Assembly: GCF_009914755.1 (NCBI RefSeq)
Contig: NC_060947.1
DNA from: the human T2T-CHM13v2.0 reference genome, Homo sapiens
DNA length: 64,000 nt
Reading direction: 5' to 3' (one strand)
The position numbers and the translations under genes are program-made. Of the stretch, positions 13,036 to 26,365 are shown one piece after another. The notes beneath the pieces are model-generated. The model worked only from the letters and a program-made list of their open reading frames with translations, did not search any database and was not told the DNA's origin. Numbering within the stretch: position 1 is the stretch's first letter; each line of letters opens with the position of its first letter.

Positions 13036-13329
13036 AGGAGAGTAAGAACCAAGATTTTCTTTTAGTTTTTGATGTTTTGCAGTTTTAAGCACAATATATC
13101 TGTGGATTTATATTTATTGAGCTTGGTGCTTAAGATGTACTTTAAAAAATGAAGAGAATTCTTTAATACAGGACAATTATTAATTATTAATTCTTTAATA
13201 CAGGAAAAACATTATTTCTTTGAGTATTACTTTTTGTTATTTCCCCTTTTTCTTCTTCTGTAACCCTATCGGATGTATTGTATAATTTCTCAATGTATTT
13301 TCCATGTCTCTCATTTTCTCTCTGATACT

Positions 13330-13515
13330 TTTTTTTTATTGTGGCAAAATATACATAACATAAAATTTACCCATTTAACTACTTTTAAGTCTACGATTCA
13401 GTGGCATTGAGTACATTCACAATGTTGTGCAACCATCACCACTATCCATTTCCAGAACTTTTTTATTGTCTCAATCAAAAACTCTGTACCCATCACACAA
13501 TAACTTCCCATTCTT
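13330..13515 (-). mobile_element. L1MB 3' end
   Basis: ttttattgtggcaaaatatacataacataaaatttacc...gtacattcacaatgttgtgcaaccatcacc. Confidence 0.85.
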
Positions 13516-13519
13516 CTAG

Positions 13520-14140
13520 CTTTTTAAGGGTGTGTTTAGATTAGCCTTTATTCTAGGGCTAGTTTAGCTTCTCTCCTAAAGAGTGATCCTCTGAGCTCTT
13601 CACTGAAGGCCTGGATGTTCAGCATGAAATTTCTTCTCTGATTAGTCAGAACTCAACCAATGCACAGTCCTGTGTGGTCTCTGGGAATTGTTCAGATTAC
13701 AGCTCCAATTTATCTTTTGCCCAACATCAAGCATGTTCACTCTATGCACGTGCAGCTTAGTATTCAGCAACAGACTCAAGGGAATCTCTATGTTTATTTT
13801 TGGATTGATTTCTCTGCATATCTCCCTCCTCCCTGGTACTTTACCCTGTAAATTCCAGCCATCTAAGTCTTCCTGAGCACTGATAGCCATCTCTTCAATT
13901 CATCAACATCTCCTTGCTCTGCTTGGGATTCAAGGTTTGGAAATTGCCTCTAAGCAGAAAACTGGGGTGATTGTATAACTCACCTCATTTGTTTGTTTTC
14001 CTTACGTCCTTATGGTCCTGTACTGCCTGTTGTCCAATGTCTAAAAATTGTCTCATATACTTTGAGCAGTTTTGTAATTATTTATGGTGGGAGAATATGT
14101 TAAGCCCCACTTACTCCAACATGGCTGGAAATAGAAATTT
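13520..14140 (-). mobile_element. Old L1M 5'-region fragment
   Basis: cagcaacagactcaagggaatctctatg; ctcacctcatttgtttg...ctgcctgttgtccaatgtct. Confidence 0.6.
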
Positions 14141-14399
14141 AAGTTTTCAAGGCATAAACTCAAATTTCCTCCAGAAGACCTTAAATGTAAAGAAATATAC
14201 TTTTCTACTAATTCAGATGTGGTGTCTACCTGGAGAAAATCATGGGGGTGGGGGTTAACGGTGGCCTTCCTGAGTTATTGAGAAAGATAAGTAAATGTGG
14301 AAAATTAAATTTGGAAGTGATGAAAGAGCTTTCCTTGGTGACACTGAAACAGTTCCAGGAGCCATTAGGGAAGAGAGGGTATCTAAAATAATAGATACC

Positions 14400-14896
14400 A
14401 TTCATATTCTGTTCCAGATCTTTTTGGCTTGCCTGGGTCACTTGAAGCTATGGACACTCCCAGCAAGCTAGCAACTTCCCACTGCAAAGTATCTGGGTAT
14501 CTCTACTCTTATGCCAAGGGCTTTCTCTGGCACTGCAAAAGCTTGCTCAGCTTCCTGTAGGCGCAACTTCTGCAGAGTAGTTTATGGCCCTGGCGACAAC
14601 TCTCAAGCAAGGGATGAGAAGAGTTGCTGGATAAATTCCTCAGCATCCTCAACCTCCACTGGGGCAATTTTGAGGGGCATTCCATACATATCTCAGATAA
14701 TTCTCAGCAGGACTGAGCCCTAATTGCCTACAGTGACAACCTTATTATGAACACATATTTTGTAGGCTTTTTTCTCTTTCTTTTCGCACTTTTCCCAATT
14801 CCTCACATGTGCTTCCTGGGACCACCTTCCACATAAACAACTAATATCAAAATCCTTGTCATAGGGTCTGCTTTTAGGAAAACCCAAGCTCAGACA
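14400..14896 (+). mobile_element. LTR16C-like solo ERVL LTR
   Basis: caggactgagccctaattgcc; gcttcctgggaccaccttcc; ends ggtctgcttttaggaaaacccaagctcagaca. Confidence 0.75.
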
Positions 14897-15080
14897 TCTA
14901 TTTTGCCCAGTTTTGGTTTATGCAAATAGGTTTTTACAATGATGTATCCTCTACAAAGACTAAGTTTCTTGCCTATAATTACCAAGTTAATACCAAAAGT
15001 AAACTTAGGGGTTTAAAGATATATTTGTTTCTTACCCATTTAATGAGCTTCTTCTATTTCAATCCTAAACGAGTGACCCA

Positions 15081-15379
15081 TTTTTTTTCCTTTTTCTGAG
15101 ATGGAGTCTCACTCTGTTGCCCAGACTGGAGTACAGTGGCACAATTTCGGCTTACTGCAACCTCCGCCTCCCGGGTTCAAGTGATTCCCCTGCCTCAGCT
15201 TCCTGAGTAGCTAGGATTACAGGCGTGTGTCACCACACCCAGCTAGTTTTTGTATTTTTAGTAGAGACAGGGTTTCACCATGTTGGCCAGGCTGGTCTCA
15301 AACTCCTGACCTCAAGTGATCTGCCCGCCTCGGCCTCCCAAAGTGCTGGGATTACAGGCATGAGCCATGGCGTCGGGCC
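15081..15379 (-). mobile_element. AluSx-like
   Basis: Full dimer; flanks gagtgacccattt / gagcgagccattt form a degenerate TSD. Confidence 0.95.
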
Positions 15380-15789
15380 TGAGCGAGCCATTTCTATGGT
15401 CTTTGGAATTGAGCTTACACTCAGGTAGGAAAGCAGGAAGGGGAAGGCACAGTTTGGATTTGGTTGCGAACTTCAGACACCTACTCAAAGTATAGCTCAA
15501 TCAGAAAGGAGCATTTATTGGCTCACATAGTTCCAGGATGTACCTGGGTCTCAGGAATATTTGGAACCAGAGGTGTGATTGCCAATATTTCTTCTTCTCT
15601 CCCTGAATTTTATCTTCACGTTTCTCTGTGCATTGACTGGACTTTCTCTCATTGCAGATTAGCTCTCTTCTCTTTTTCTTTCTCATCCTGATGGCTAATA
15701 TTTATTAAGCTTCTACAATATTCTAATATTTTATTTCATGGTCCACCAACCTTATGAGTTATGTGCTTTCATTATCCCAATATTCCATC

Positions 15790-15970
15790 TGTGTGATGAT
15801 CATGAGCAAGTCACTTAAATCCTCTGGGTCTTAGTTTTCTCATTTATAAAATGGAGCTCACGAGAGTGTCTACCTCATGGAGTTTTGGTGATGATTAAAT
15901 CAGATAGTGTAAGTGCAAGGTCTAGCACAGTGCCTAGCCTACAATAAGTGATCAATAATATTACTATTAT
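15790..15970 (+). mobile_element. MIR
   Basis: gagcaagtcacttaaatcctctgggtcttagttttctcatttataaaatgg. Confidence 0.8.
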
Positions 15971-16829
15971 TACAGGGTACCATCGTCAAAGTAAAATAGG
16001 TAGATGCAACAAGCCCCTCTCCCTTCCATATACTCTCTTCAAGGTAACATATTTTTTTCCTTTAAGGCTGCATCTAATTTTTAAAAATCAGATTATATCA
16101 GGCTAAAATTGTTTAAAGTACAAGAAGGAAGCACAAAATATCAAGCATTGTGGTTCAACTGCCCTAAGAATGGCCTGACGCATGATCAAGAATGAGAAAA
16201 GATTATGAAAATGTCCCTTGATGTGTAGAATTCTCTGATACTTCTTGGACACCATATTTCTGATTTCAAGTTAAATGTCACACATTTTCTTCACCATTTT
16301 AATTCTATACCGTTGACTGGGCTAACCTGAATATATGAATAGTGTGGTCAATGTATTTTGAGGGAGTCATCTTAAAATTAATTGCATATGACACAATGAG
16401 CAAGAAAAATAAAGCCTAAAACTAGTTTTGATGCCTAGAAGAAAAATCAACTGCTATCATGGCTAATGCAAATTTCTGCAAAAGGGAATCATGCTCTAGA
16501 GAGATAGCGTATTTTGTTAAAGAATAGCATGTCCAAACAACTTTGTAAATTCAGATTTTAAGATAATCAACTGTGGACTGCTTTATTTTTCCCTACCCCC
16601 TCTCCCAAGTTTAAAGAAATATTAAGTTCAAACTAAGCAGGCATTATCCATTATGAGGACATTAGTTGAAATGCCACCTTATATTTTTAAAGAAGTTTAG
16701 AATTTTCAAAGAGCATTTTTTTTACGTTTCACACCCTTTACAAATTCTTAAGTGAAGTAGAACATGAGATTTAGCCATAAACAACAAAGTGAGTATGAAT
16801 GCGCAGTGATGTAAAAGTAATTCCTGCCC

Positions 16830-17760
16830 CATACCAGGTGATGACTCCATTAAGGAGAGGAAGAGTTCAGATTTGGAGAGGAAAATGAGAACATCTGAGA
16901 TCAGTGAGTGTCCCTCAGAGTACGGGGACTCAGCCCCCATTCTCTGGAATGGGTCTGGAGTGAGAGGCGGTGATGCGAGACTCAGATGGGTTTTAGGGGA
17001 TCTGAGAGTGGAAGGAATTGCACCATACATCTCCACTGTAGCCAGGAGACTGAAAGCCTCTAAGAGAAGCCTCTCATTTAGCAAGGCACCAGAACAGAGG
17101 ACACTGAGACCGAGAGGTCGCCAAGCAGATCTACCTGATGTCAGCCTCACAGGGCCTCATGCACATTAGCCTGGTGTGGGGAAAGTAGCCGAGTGATCCT
17201 AAACCTCTGAGAGTCTAAGATAGCACCAGTGGACCTGACGGTGCCTGGTGTCAGGATGAAGAAGAATCAGAGTTGTGTCCTGGTGGCCACAGGCCACAAT
17301 GGGATTATGGACTTCAGAAACAAAGTGGACTTTGTTTCTATCAAAACATCACACTCTACCCCATGAAAATCTACAATTAGTATTAAAAATAAAATAAAAC
17401 AACAACAAAAGAACCACCATATGATCCAGCAATCCCACTACTGAGTATATAACCAAAGGAAATAAATGCCAGAACTCAATGACAAAGACCAGATAAGCGA
17501 GTTAAATTTCAATAAACTCTGGTAAAAGACGAGGCTTGCATGTATGCTTTTCCATACTGAAGTCTGATCTGTAGTAAGCCACCCAGAAGGAAACTAGCTC
17601 ATTCCTGGGGAGAAGAAGAGGTTAGGAATATTAAGTTACTCAAAAGACTCTAAGTTTCAAGCTAGAAATGGCTGAGTTACCTTGAATTGGCAAAATTAAG
17701 TTTTATACTGCTGACTACCTTGTGAGCTTAATAGCTAAATTAAGTACAGTTAAAGAGAAA
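16830..17760 (+). mobile_element. Probable ancient LTR (Gypsy/ERVL-type), interrupted by an L1-derived insert
   Basis: Purine-rich LTR-like composition and 3' motif ttgaattggcaaaattaagttt; family not certain. Confidence 0.35.
17340..17467 (+). repeat. Local direct copy of 18976-19104 (L1 3' end/A tail/next L1 junction)
   Basis: atcaaaacatcac...ccccatgaaaatctacaat.agtattaaaaataaaataaaacaacaa.aaaagaac.accatatgatccagcaatcccact shared. Confidence 0.92.
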
Positions 17761-18071
17761 GGAGGAAAGTTATACTTTTTAAGGTTCTTTGAAAGTTTAA
17801 TGATTTTAAGTAACATATATAAAGCACGTTATTTTAAGGATTTCTATGGTGATTAAATGATAAAAGTTGTCTCATAATTAATTTATGAGTTTTCTAACTT
17901 CCAATGAAATATTTAAACATCAGATTTGAAAGTTAAATGTTTATGCATTCAGGTTTTTGGGTTGTGAATTTAATACCTACTATCTTTGCGCAGATAAGTC
18001 ACACATTTCCCTATCTCACAAACAAAGGTCTTTTGCTATTGGAGGGATTGCAGGTAAAAGATAAACTATGA

Positions 18072-18443
<372 letters not shown>

Positions 18444-18819
18444 TCATAAGTAAGGGCAGGGTGGGGAGGTGGGAGAGAGAGAGAAAGAGAAAGAGAGAGA
18501 GAGAGAAGAAAGGATTTTTTTGGGGTTTCTAAATTAGCTGCATCTCTAGTATTCTCAATATCTGAGCCAATATATCTTATTTTTTTCTTCTAGCTCATTT
18601 GTTATGGTTTGTGTCACCTGCAATTGAGATTCTTGACTAATAATAGAAACCTAACAAAAACATCCAAGTCTTCTATGGAAAAAAACCACAACACTTTACA
18701 TCACGTTCAGGAAGAAGACCTGAATAAATGGAGAGATATAACAAGTGAACATCCAATAAAACATTCTATTTGGGAGGGATCTATTTTGAGTAACATTGGT
18801 GCAACCACTATGAAAAAGA

Positions 18820-19045
18820 AAGGAGGGTGACTATAGCTAACAATATTACATTGTATATTTCAACATAGCTAGAAAAGAGGATTTTGAATGTCCTCACCAC
18901 AGAGAAAATTATAAGCGTCTGAGGTGATGGATATGCTAAATACTCTGATTTGATCTTTACACAATGTATACATGCATCAAAACATCACGCTAAACCCCAT
19001 GAAAATCTACAATCAGTATTAAAAATAAAATAAAACAACAAGAAA
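18820..19045 (+). mobile_element. L1MA 3' end fragment
   Basis: atagctagaaaagaggattttgaatg...gaggtgatggatatgctaa, A-rich tail. Confidence 0.85.
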
Positions 19046-19755
19046 AGAACTACCATATGATCCAGCAATCCCACTCCTGGGTATATAACCAAAGGAAATG
19101 AAATCAGTATGTCCTAGAGATGTCTGCACACCCATGTCCGTTGCAGCACTAGTCACACTAGCCAAGATATGGAATCAACCTAAGTGTCCATTAACAGATG
19201 AATGGATAAAGAAAATGCGGTACATATACACAACTATTTAGTCTTAAAAAGGAATGAAACGTTGTCATTTGTGGCAACATGGATGAACCTGGAAGACATT
19301 ATGTTAAGTGAAATAAGCCTGGCACAGAAAGACAAATACCACATGATCTCACTCTTATGTGGATTCTGAAAAGTTGTTCTCCTGGAAGTAGAGAGTTGAA
19401 CAGTTGTTATCAGAGGATGGGGAGTGTAGGGGGAAGAGGAAAATGGTGAGAGGTTTGTCAATGGGTACAAAGCTACAGTTGTTGCAATAAGTTCCGATGG
19501 TCTCTTGCATAGGAGGATAACAAGAGTAAACAATATTGTATTGTATATGTCAAAAATAGCTAGAAGACAGGTTTTTGAATGTTCTCATCACAAAGAAATA
19601 ATAAATGTTTAAGGTGATAAATATGCTAATTACCCTGATTTGATCATTACACAATGCATACATGTATCAAAGCATCATGTTGTGCTCTATAAATATGTAC
19701 AACAATTGTATATCAATTATAAATAAAAAATAAATTTATAAAAAAGAAAATAAAA
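19046..19755 (+). mobile_element. L1MA (L1MA4/5-like) ORF2 end plus 3' UTR
   Basis: gaactaccatatgatccagcaatcccact; acagatgaatggataaagaaaatg; A tail. Confidence 0.9.
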
Positions 19756-19962
19756 GAGGGAAATTCTCCCTTTCTTTGCTATCTAGGAAGGGAATGAGCG
19801 AGCACATGACAAGAGTTCAGCCAATGAATGCTACACTCCTTGAATCTTGAAGGAGTGAGGGGTCAAGATACAGGGAAATTTAGAAATTATTCATACCTAT
19901 GGCAGTCATAAGAGTCCAGAACCAGTGTTGTGTGGTGCTGATATCAGCATCTATCTGCTAAC

Positions 19963-20530
19963 TATGGTAGACACACCCTTAAGGAATCCCTTTCTTTTGA
20001 GTGTGGGTGGAAGCTGTGACTTGCTCCTAGCCGATAGAATATGGTGAATGTGATGGGATAGTCATTCCCTTGATTATGTGACATTATATAAAACTCTGTC
20101 TCAGTGGACTGGAGAAAGAGATCCTCCTGCTGCCTTGAAGAAGTGAGCTGCTATATCTTGAGAGGGCCACATGGCAAGAAACTGTGGGCAACTTCTAGGA
20201 GGTAATAATAGCCCCTGGCCAACAGCCAGAAGGAAAGTATGGCTCTCAGTCCTACAATCACAAGGCACTTAATTCTGTCAGCAAGCATGTGAGTTTGGTC
20301 AAGGATCTGGAGACCCAATGAGACAGCAGCCCTGGCTGGCATCTTGATCAGAGTCCTGATCAAGACTTTGAGCAGAAAACCCAGTTGTGCTCTACCTCTA
20401 CCCTGAGCAGAGGACCGAGTTAGGCCATGCCCAGTCTCCTGAGTCACGGAAACTATGAGATAATAAATGTAGGTTGTTGTAAGCTGCTACATTTGTGATA
20501 ATTTGTTACATAGCAGTGGAAAACTAACAT
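19963..20530 (+). mobile_element. MLT1E/F-like MaLR LTR
   Basis: gagtgtgggtggaagctgtgacttgctcctagcc; gaaactatgagataataaatg...ttgttacatagcag. Confidence 0.8.
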
Positions 20531-20534
20531 GCCA

Positions 20535-21135
20535 AACATACTCTTTCTGTGCCAAATGATGCCTGGTGTCTCTCACCTCTGTACTCAAATCTTGGTCTCA
20601 CTTATGAATTGCTGGTGGTAAAACCCTGCAAACTACGTCCCCCAAACTCCCTTAGTAGCTGGCTTTCTGCTAGATTCTGCCAATAGAAAGTAATGAAGGA
20701 AGACTTTAAGGCAAAGGATAAATCTTTCCCCCCACTTTTGGAGGAAGTCTCTGGCAACAGCACCATCAGAGAAATTAATTGAAGGTAACTAGAATGCTCT
20801 GGGCTCTAGCATCATTTGTGAGATATGGGATCCTGGTTTCCTGCTCAGCAGAAATGGTTCAGTTTCAACAGTAGTGGTAGCAATAGTGGTGTCTTCAGAA
20901 GCTCAATGGTGAGTGCAGTCTCATGGTCTCCAGCTCAGGAGCGGTAGTATCATACTCATCCCTGAGTAACTCCTATCCATAGTTGTTCCTTCTGCTCACT
21001 TTTTCTTTGGCCCCGCCTTTGCATTTTGCTCTTTCAGCACTTCCAACATCCATTTAATCAATTCCTTATGTTAAATTCCCTTTGCTTGAATATCTAAAGT
21101 GGTTTCTGATTTTTCAATTGAACACTGACTGATGT
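20535..21135 (+). mobile_element. LTR41-like ERVL LTR
   Basis: ctgcaaactacgtcccccaaactccctt; ttaaattccctttgcttgaatatctaaagtggtttctg. Confidence 0.6.
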
Positions 21136-21338
21136 CAAAACTCTGGTTATGCATCTTGCCGTCTGGCCTCCCTTGGTTCTTGCTTCACTTCCAGATCCTA
21201 ATTTCCAAAGATTTTGATATTTATACAATCTCTAATATTATCACAATAAATTTCTCTTGTATTTAAGCTAGCCGTGGTCTATTTCTGCTGCTTGCAACTA
21301 AATATCCCAACTGTTACAGAAATTTCAATATTGTAGAG

Positions 21339-22426
21339 TGTATTAGTTTTCTATTGCTGCTGTAAAAAATGTAAATTATTTCAACCACTGTGGAAGACAG
21401 CGTGGTGATTCCTCAAAGACCTAGAACCAGAAATGCCATTTGACCCAGCAATCCCATTACTGGGTATATACTCAAAGGAATAGAAATCATTATATTATAA
21501 AGATACATGCCCATGTATGTTCATTGCAGCACTATTCACAATAGCAAAGACATAAAATTAACCCAAATGCCCCTCAATGATAGACTGGATAAAGAAAATG
21601 TGATACGTATAAACCAGGGAATACTATACAGCCATAAAGAGGAGTGAGATCATGTCCTTTGCAGAAACATGGATGGAGCTGGAAGTCATTACCTTCAGCA
21701 AACTAATGCAGGAACAGAAAACTAAATACCACATGTTCTCACTTAGAAGTGGAAGCTGAACAATGAGAACGCATGGACACAGTGAGGGGAACAACACACA
21801 TTGGGGCCTGTCAGGGTGTGGGGGAGGGAGAGCATCAGGATGAATAGCTAATGCATGCTGGGCTGAATACCTAGGTGATGGGTTGATAGGTGCAGCAAAC
21901 CACCATGGCACATGTTTACCTATGTAACAAACCTGCACATGTACCCCAGCACTTAAGTAAAATAAAATAATAAAATAAAATCACAAATTTATTATCTTAC
22001 ATCTCTGCCAGCTAGTAGTTCTCTGGGCTGAAATCAAAGTGTCAGCAGGGCTGCATTCCCTCCTGGAGGCTCTAGGAGAGAATTGATTTCCTTGCTTTCT
22101 CCAGCTTTTATAAGCCACTGCATTCCTTGGTTCACGGTCTTCTTCCTCCAACTTCAAGGTCAGCAACATTGCATCTCTCGACCCTTTTCCCATAGTCGTT
22201 ATCTCCCTCTGACTCTATTCTTCCACTTCCCTCTTCCATTTTTAAGGACCCTTATGATTACATTGGGCCCACCCAGACAATTTAGAATAATCTATTTTAA
22301 AGTCAGCTGATTAGCAACCTTAATTTCATATGCAACTTTAATTTCCCTTTGCCATGCAACATAAAATATTCACAGGTTTCAGGACATGGATTCTTTAGGG
22401 AGGGGAACATTAATCTGCCTGTCACA
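21339..22426 (-). mobile_element. MLT1C/D MaLR LTR interrupted by L1PA
   Basis: tgtattagttttctattgctgctgtaa ... ggctgaaatcaaagtgtcagcagggctgcattcc. Confidence 0.8.
21370..21980 (+). mobile_element. L1PA 3' end (5'-truncated)
   Basis: gacccagcaatcccattactgggtatata; aggtgcagcaaaccaccatggcacatgtttacctatgtaacaaacctgcac; A tail. Confidence 0.95.
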
Positions 22427-22614
22427 TAAAGCTATCATTTCCCCCCAGAGTTAATCTCTAAATTTAATGCAATGCCAATTAGAATCTTGATAAAGTGACT
22501 CCAAATTTAATAAAATTTAGATATAGATAATATACAAGAATAATAAAGACATTTTTGAAAAATAGAAATAGTGATGGGGACTTGCTCTACCAGACAAAAA
22601 ACATGCTATAAAGC

Positions 22615-22972
22615 TGATATGGTTTGACTGTGTCCCCACCCAAATCTCATCTTGAACTGTAACCCCCATAATCCTCACATGTGGTGGGAGGGACCCGGGA
22701 GGAGGTAATTTAATCATGGGGGTAGTTTCCACCATGCTGTTGTCGTGATAGTGAATGAGTTCTCAAGAGATCTGATGGTTTTATAAGCATCTGGCATTTC
22801 CCCTGCTGGCATTCATTATCTCTTCTGCCACCCTGTGAACAGGTGCCTTCCTCCATGATTGTAAGTTTCCTGAGGCCTCCCCAGCCATGTGGAACTGTGA
22901 GTCAATTAAATCTCTTTTCTTTATAAATTACCCAGCCTTGGTATTTCCTTATAGCAATGTGAGAATGGACTA
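22615..22972 (+). mobile_element. THE1C/D MaLR LTR
   Basis: tgatatggtttgactgtgtccccacccaaatctcatcttgaa; ggaactgtgagtcaattaaa. Confidence 0.92.
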
Positions 22973-23004
22973 AAGCTAAAATAATAAAAATACTTTGGCA
23001 TTCA

Positions 23005-23320
23005 GGTAGGGTGTGTGGTTGAGGGGGAGGATGAAGAGAGGTTGGTCAATAGGTTCAAACATACAGTTAGATAGAAGATATAAGTTCTAGTGTTCTGTAG
23101 TAGAGTAGGGTGCCTATAGTCAGCAACAATGTGTTGTATATTTCAAGGTGGCTAGAAAAGAGGACTCAAAATGTTCCCAACACATAGATATAATAAATAC
23201 TCAAGGGGATGAATACCTCAGATATCCTGACTTGGTCATTACACATTCTATGCATGTAACAAGTACTTACATGTACCCTCTCCCTAAATATGTAAAATAT
23301 TATGTATCAATTAAAAAATA
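23005..23320 (+). mobile_element. L1MA 3' end
   Basis: acatacagttagatagaaga...tagagtagggtg.ctatagt. Confidence 0.8.
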
Positions 23321-23324
23321 CATT

Positions 23325-23473
23325 GGCATAGAACATGGTGGGTGATAGAAGATGGTGTTGTGGAAACTGGCGATCCATTGGGTTAAAAGTCAGCCCCATT
23401 CTGTACATCAAATACAAAAATATATTCCAGTTGAATTAAATACCTAAATGTTAAAAAAACCTTAGGAAGTACT

Positions 23474-23517
<44 letters not shown>

Positions 23518-24395
23518 ACAGAGTGGGGGAAGTCGTTTTTAAAAGCATAGAAGCCATAAAAAATAGACATCTGAATACATGCAAATTTAACATTTTTGCA
23601 CATACCATAAAGATAAGTGACAAACTGGGAGAATATTTTATATGTATATCAAAGTATCAATATCTATATTATATATAATTATATGTCCATTTTATATATA
23701 TATATAAAATATCTGGTTTCCAAAGCAAAAGAAAAACAATTAAAATTGAACACAGGAAATACATTAATAATTTATTGAAGAAGAAACTCAAATGTCCAAT
23801 AAACATACAAACTAATGCTTGTTTGAAAATCAGGAAAATGTAAATTATGGAATAACGGTCTGTTTTTCTCTAATCAAGTTAGGACTAATTTTTTAAATAT
23901 ATAATATCTGGTATTCACTAGTGTGGTAGAAATGGGCATTTATATCCTGTTTGGAATTGGTCTCCTAGAGGGTAAATGTGGCAGTATTTTTGCAAATTAA
24001 ATCTGTGTTTTCATCTATAAATAGAAATTCTTTCATGTTTACAATGCTATATGTATAATTACATTTGTTGCAGTATTTTTAAAAGAAAGGATGTTCAAAA
24101 TTACGTTGTTGTAGCAACATATTGGAAACAACCTAAATGCACATGGATAAGAGAAGGGTTAAATAAAATATGGTACATGCACCTTTTGCATATTTTAAAA
24201 AATGTGGCAGATCTACATGTCCTAATGTAGAAAGATCTCCAAGGCATATTGCTAAGTGAAAGAAATTTGCAACAAATATAGCTAGACTTACCCCATTTAC
24301 GTAAAACAAAAAAGTCTGCATGTAAGTAAGATACAATACAGTACAATCTTTTTTGTAATATGTTTGCAAGGGTACACACCAAACTGATACTTTAA
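23325..24395 (+). mobile_element. Old L1ME/L1MC ORF2-3' fragments; (CA)n at 23480-23513
   Basis: Degenerate L1 motifs (gaagaaactcaaatgtccaataaacat; ttggaaacaacctaaatg). Confidence 0.6.
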
Positions 24396-24429
24396 AAAAA
24401 AGTCTTACAAATTTTTTTGGTTGCTTAAA

Positions 24430-24630
24430 TTTTTTTTTTTTTGTCTGAGATAGGATCTCGCTCTGTCACCCAGGCTGGAGTGCAACCTTGAACTCTTCAG
24501 CTCAAACTATCCTCCTGCCTCAGCCTTCCCAGTTGCTGGGACTACAGGTGCCTGCCACCATACCCTGCTAATTTATTTTTACTTTTTGTAGAGACAGGAT
24601 CTCTGTATGTTAACTGGGCTGGTCTTGAAC
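24430..24630 (-). mobile_element. AluJ-like partial
   Basis: polyT, ctcgctctgtcacccaggctggagtgca. Confidence 0.85.
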
Positions 24631-24959
24631 TAGATTGCTTAATTTTTTATAATAAACACTTGTTCATATATTATTGGCATGATTTTAAAAATAATAATTA
24701 AAATGCTTTTTTACTTAAGAAAACCCAGTATAGAGAAAGTAAATGGGAAAATATGTCCCAATATTTAACAGTAGTAGTTTTGAGACAATAGGATCTTGCA
24801 TGCATGGATAATACTTTAATGCCAGTGTTTCCCATAGGCATATCTTTCTGTCGTAAGACGAAAATATGAGAAATAAAAAGAAAAATGTTTAATGATAACT
24901 AATTTCAGTTGACTCTGCTGGGTGGCATGTCAACAACTAAGGTAGTGATAGGAAAGAAA

Positions 24960-25180
24960 TATCTTAGGCTTTAAAGTCCAAAGGCCTGTGTGCATACCCT
25001 GGTTATTATATCTTATTTTGTTTGAACTTAGGCAAATTATTTACCATCTGCAAGCCTTATTTACCTTCCTTGTAAGAGGGATTGATAATAACTACTTTTC
25101 AGGATCGTTTTGAGGGTGAAATGAGCTAATGCATAGTACATAAATAACTGGGAACGTTGCCTGTGCTCAGTAACTATTAG
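24960..25180 (+). mobile_element. MIR
   Basis: ttaggcaaattattta...; gagggtgaaatgagctaatgca. Confidence 0.7.
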
Positions 25181-25446
25181 TTCTTTCTTCGCCATTTCTC
25201 AGCCTGCCTAGGAGATGGAGCATCCCTCCGCAGTCTTGCCCTGGTCTTCATTTATTTTCCTTAGACTAACTTTGTATTCCCAGTTTGTGTGTAATTACAA
25301 TTACAGCTTAACTTTGTATAATGCTTTAATGTTTACAAGCATTTTTATGTATTACACTATACACCTTGAATCCTTGCATATAATCATGTGGATCCCATTT
25401 TAGCTTCCTACAACTTGAGTGCTCAGGAGTAAACAGGGTGGTACAC

Positions 25447-25830
25447 TGTATTAGTCTATTTTCACACTGCTATAAAGAACTGCCTGAGACTAGGTAATTT
25501 ATAAGGAAAGAAGTTTAATTGACTCACAGTTTTACATGCCTGGGGAGGCCTCAGGAAACTTACAGTCATGGCAGAAGGCAAAGGGGAAGCAAGCACCTTC
25601 TTCACAAAGTGGCAGGAGAGAGAAGAGCAGAGGAGGAATGTCCAAACACTTATAAAAGCCATCAGATCTCACAAGAACTCACTATCATGAGAACAGAATG
25701 GGGAAGACCATCTCCATTATCCAATCACCTCCCTCCCTTGACATGTAGGGATTACAGGCCCCTTCCTCAACATGTGGGGATTACAATTCAAAATGAGATT
25801 TGGGTGGAGACACAAAGCCAAACCATATCA
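25447..25830 (-). mobile_element. THE1D/MSTA MaLR LTR
   Basis: tgtattagtctattttcacactgctataaagaa...caaaccatatca. Confidence 0.92.
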
Positions 25831-25925
25831 CACATATATTATTGAGAATGTTTTTACAATGAGAGAATTGTAGTGCTACTTGAATCCCCTCATTTTACAG
25901 AACCCAGAGAGCTTATGTGCTACCA

Positions 25926-26365
25926 TGTCAGTTACCTTTTGCTGCATAACACCCCAAAACTTAGTGTCTTAAAATAGCAACTATTGATTTAGCTCATAAT
26001 TCTGATGGCCGTCCTTATAGTCTGAACCAGGTTCAGCTGATCCTGACTGGGTTCACTTCTATGTTTGGGGCCTTGGCTGGGATGATTGGGACAGCTAGAT
26101 CATCTTGGCACATGGCTTCATAAACTCCAGCAGGCAAGCTCAGGTCTATTCACATAGTGGTGTTGGGTCCCAAGAGCAACGAGTGTGGAAGCTGCAAGGC
26201 CTAGACTTAGAACTCACACAACATCACAGCAGCATTATAGTGGCCAAAGCAAATCACAAGAATGGCTACTATTCTAAGAATGAGGAAATAAACTCCATCT
26301 TTTGATGAAGGAAGCTACAACAGAGAAAGGGGAAGGGCTGGGGACATTTTTTGCAATCTATCCCA
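25926..26365 (-). mobile_element. MLT1H/J-like LTR
   Basis: tgtcagttacctttgctgcataac...ccccaaaacttagtg; ggccaaagcaaatcacaag. Confidence 0.7.

Larger units (their letters stand above)
19790..21320 (+). mobile_element. LTR33-like ERVL LTR split by nested MLT1 and LTR41-like elements
   Basis: 5' piece gagcacatgac...agccaatg; 3' piece caataaatttctc...tttaagctagcc...gcttgcaac. Confidence 0.55.

Noticed and set aside
13157-13205. Direct repeat aattctttaatacagga
   Set aside because: Simple slippage duplication within an L1-like fragment
16722-17169. Longest ORF (142 aa) and its antisense partner
   Set aside because: Non-ATG start, no recognisable domain, lies in probable LTR sequence
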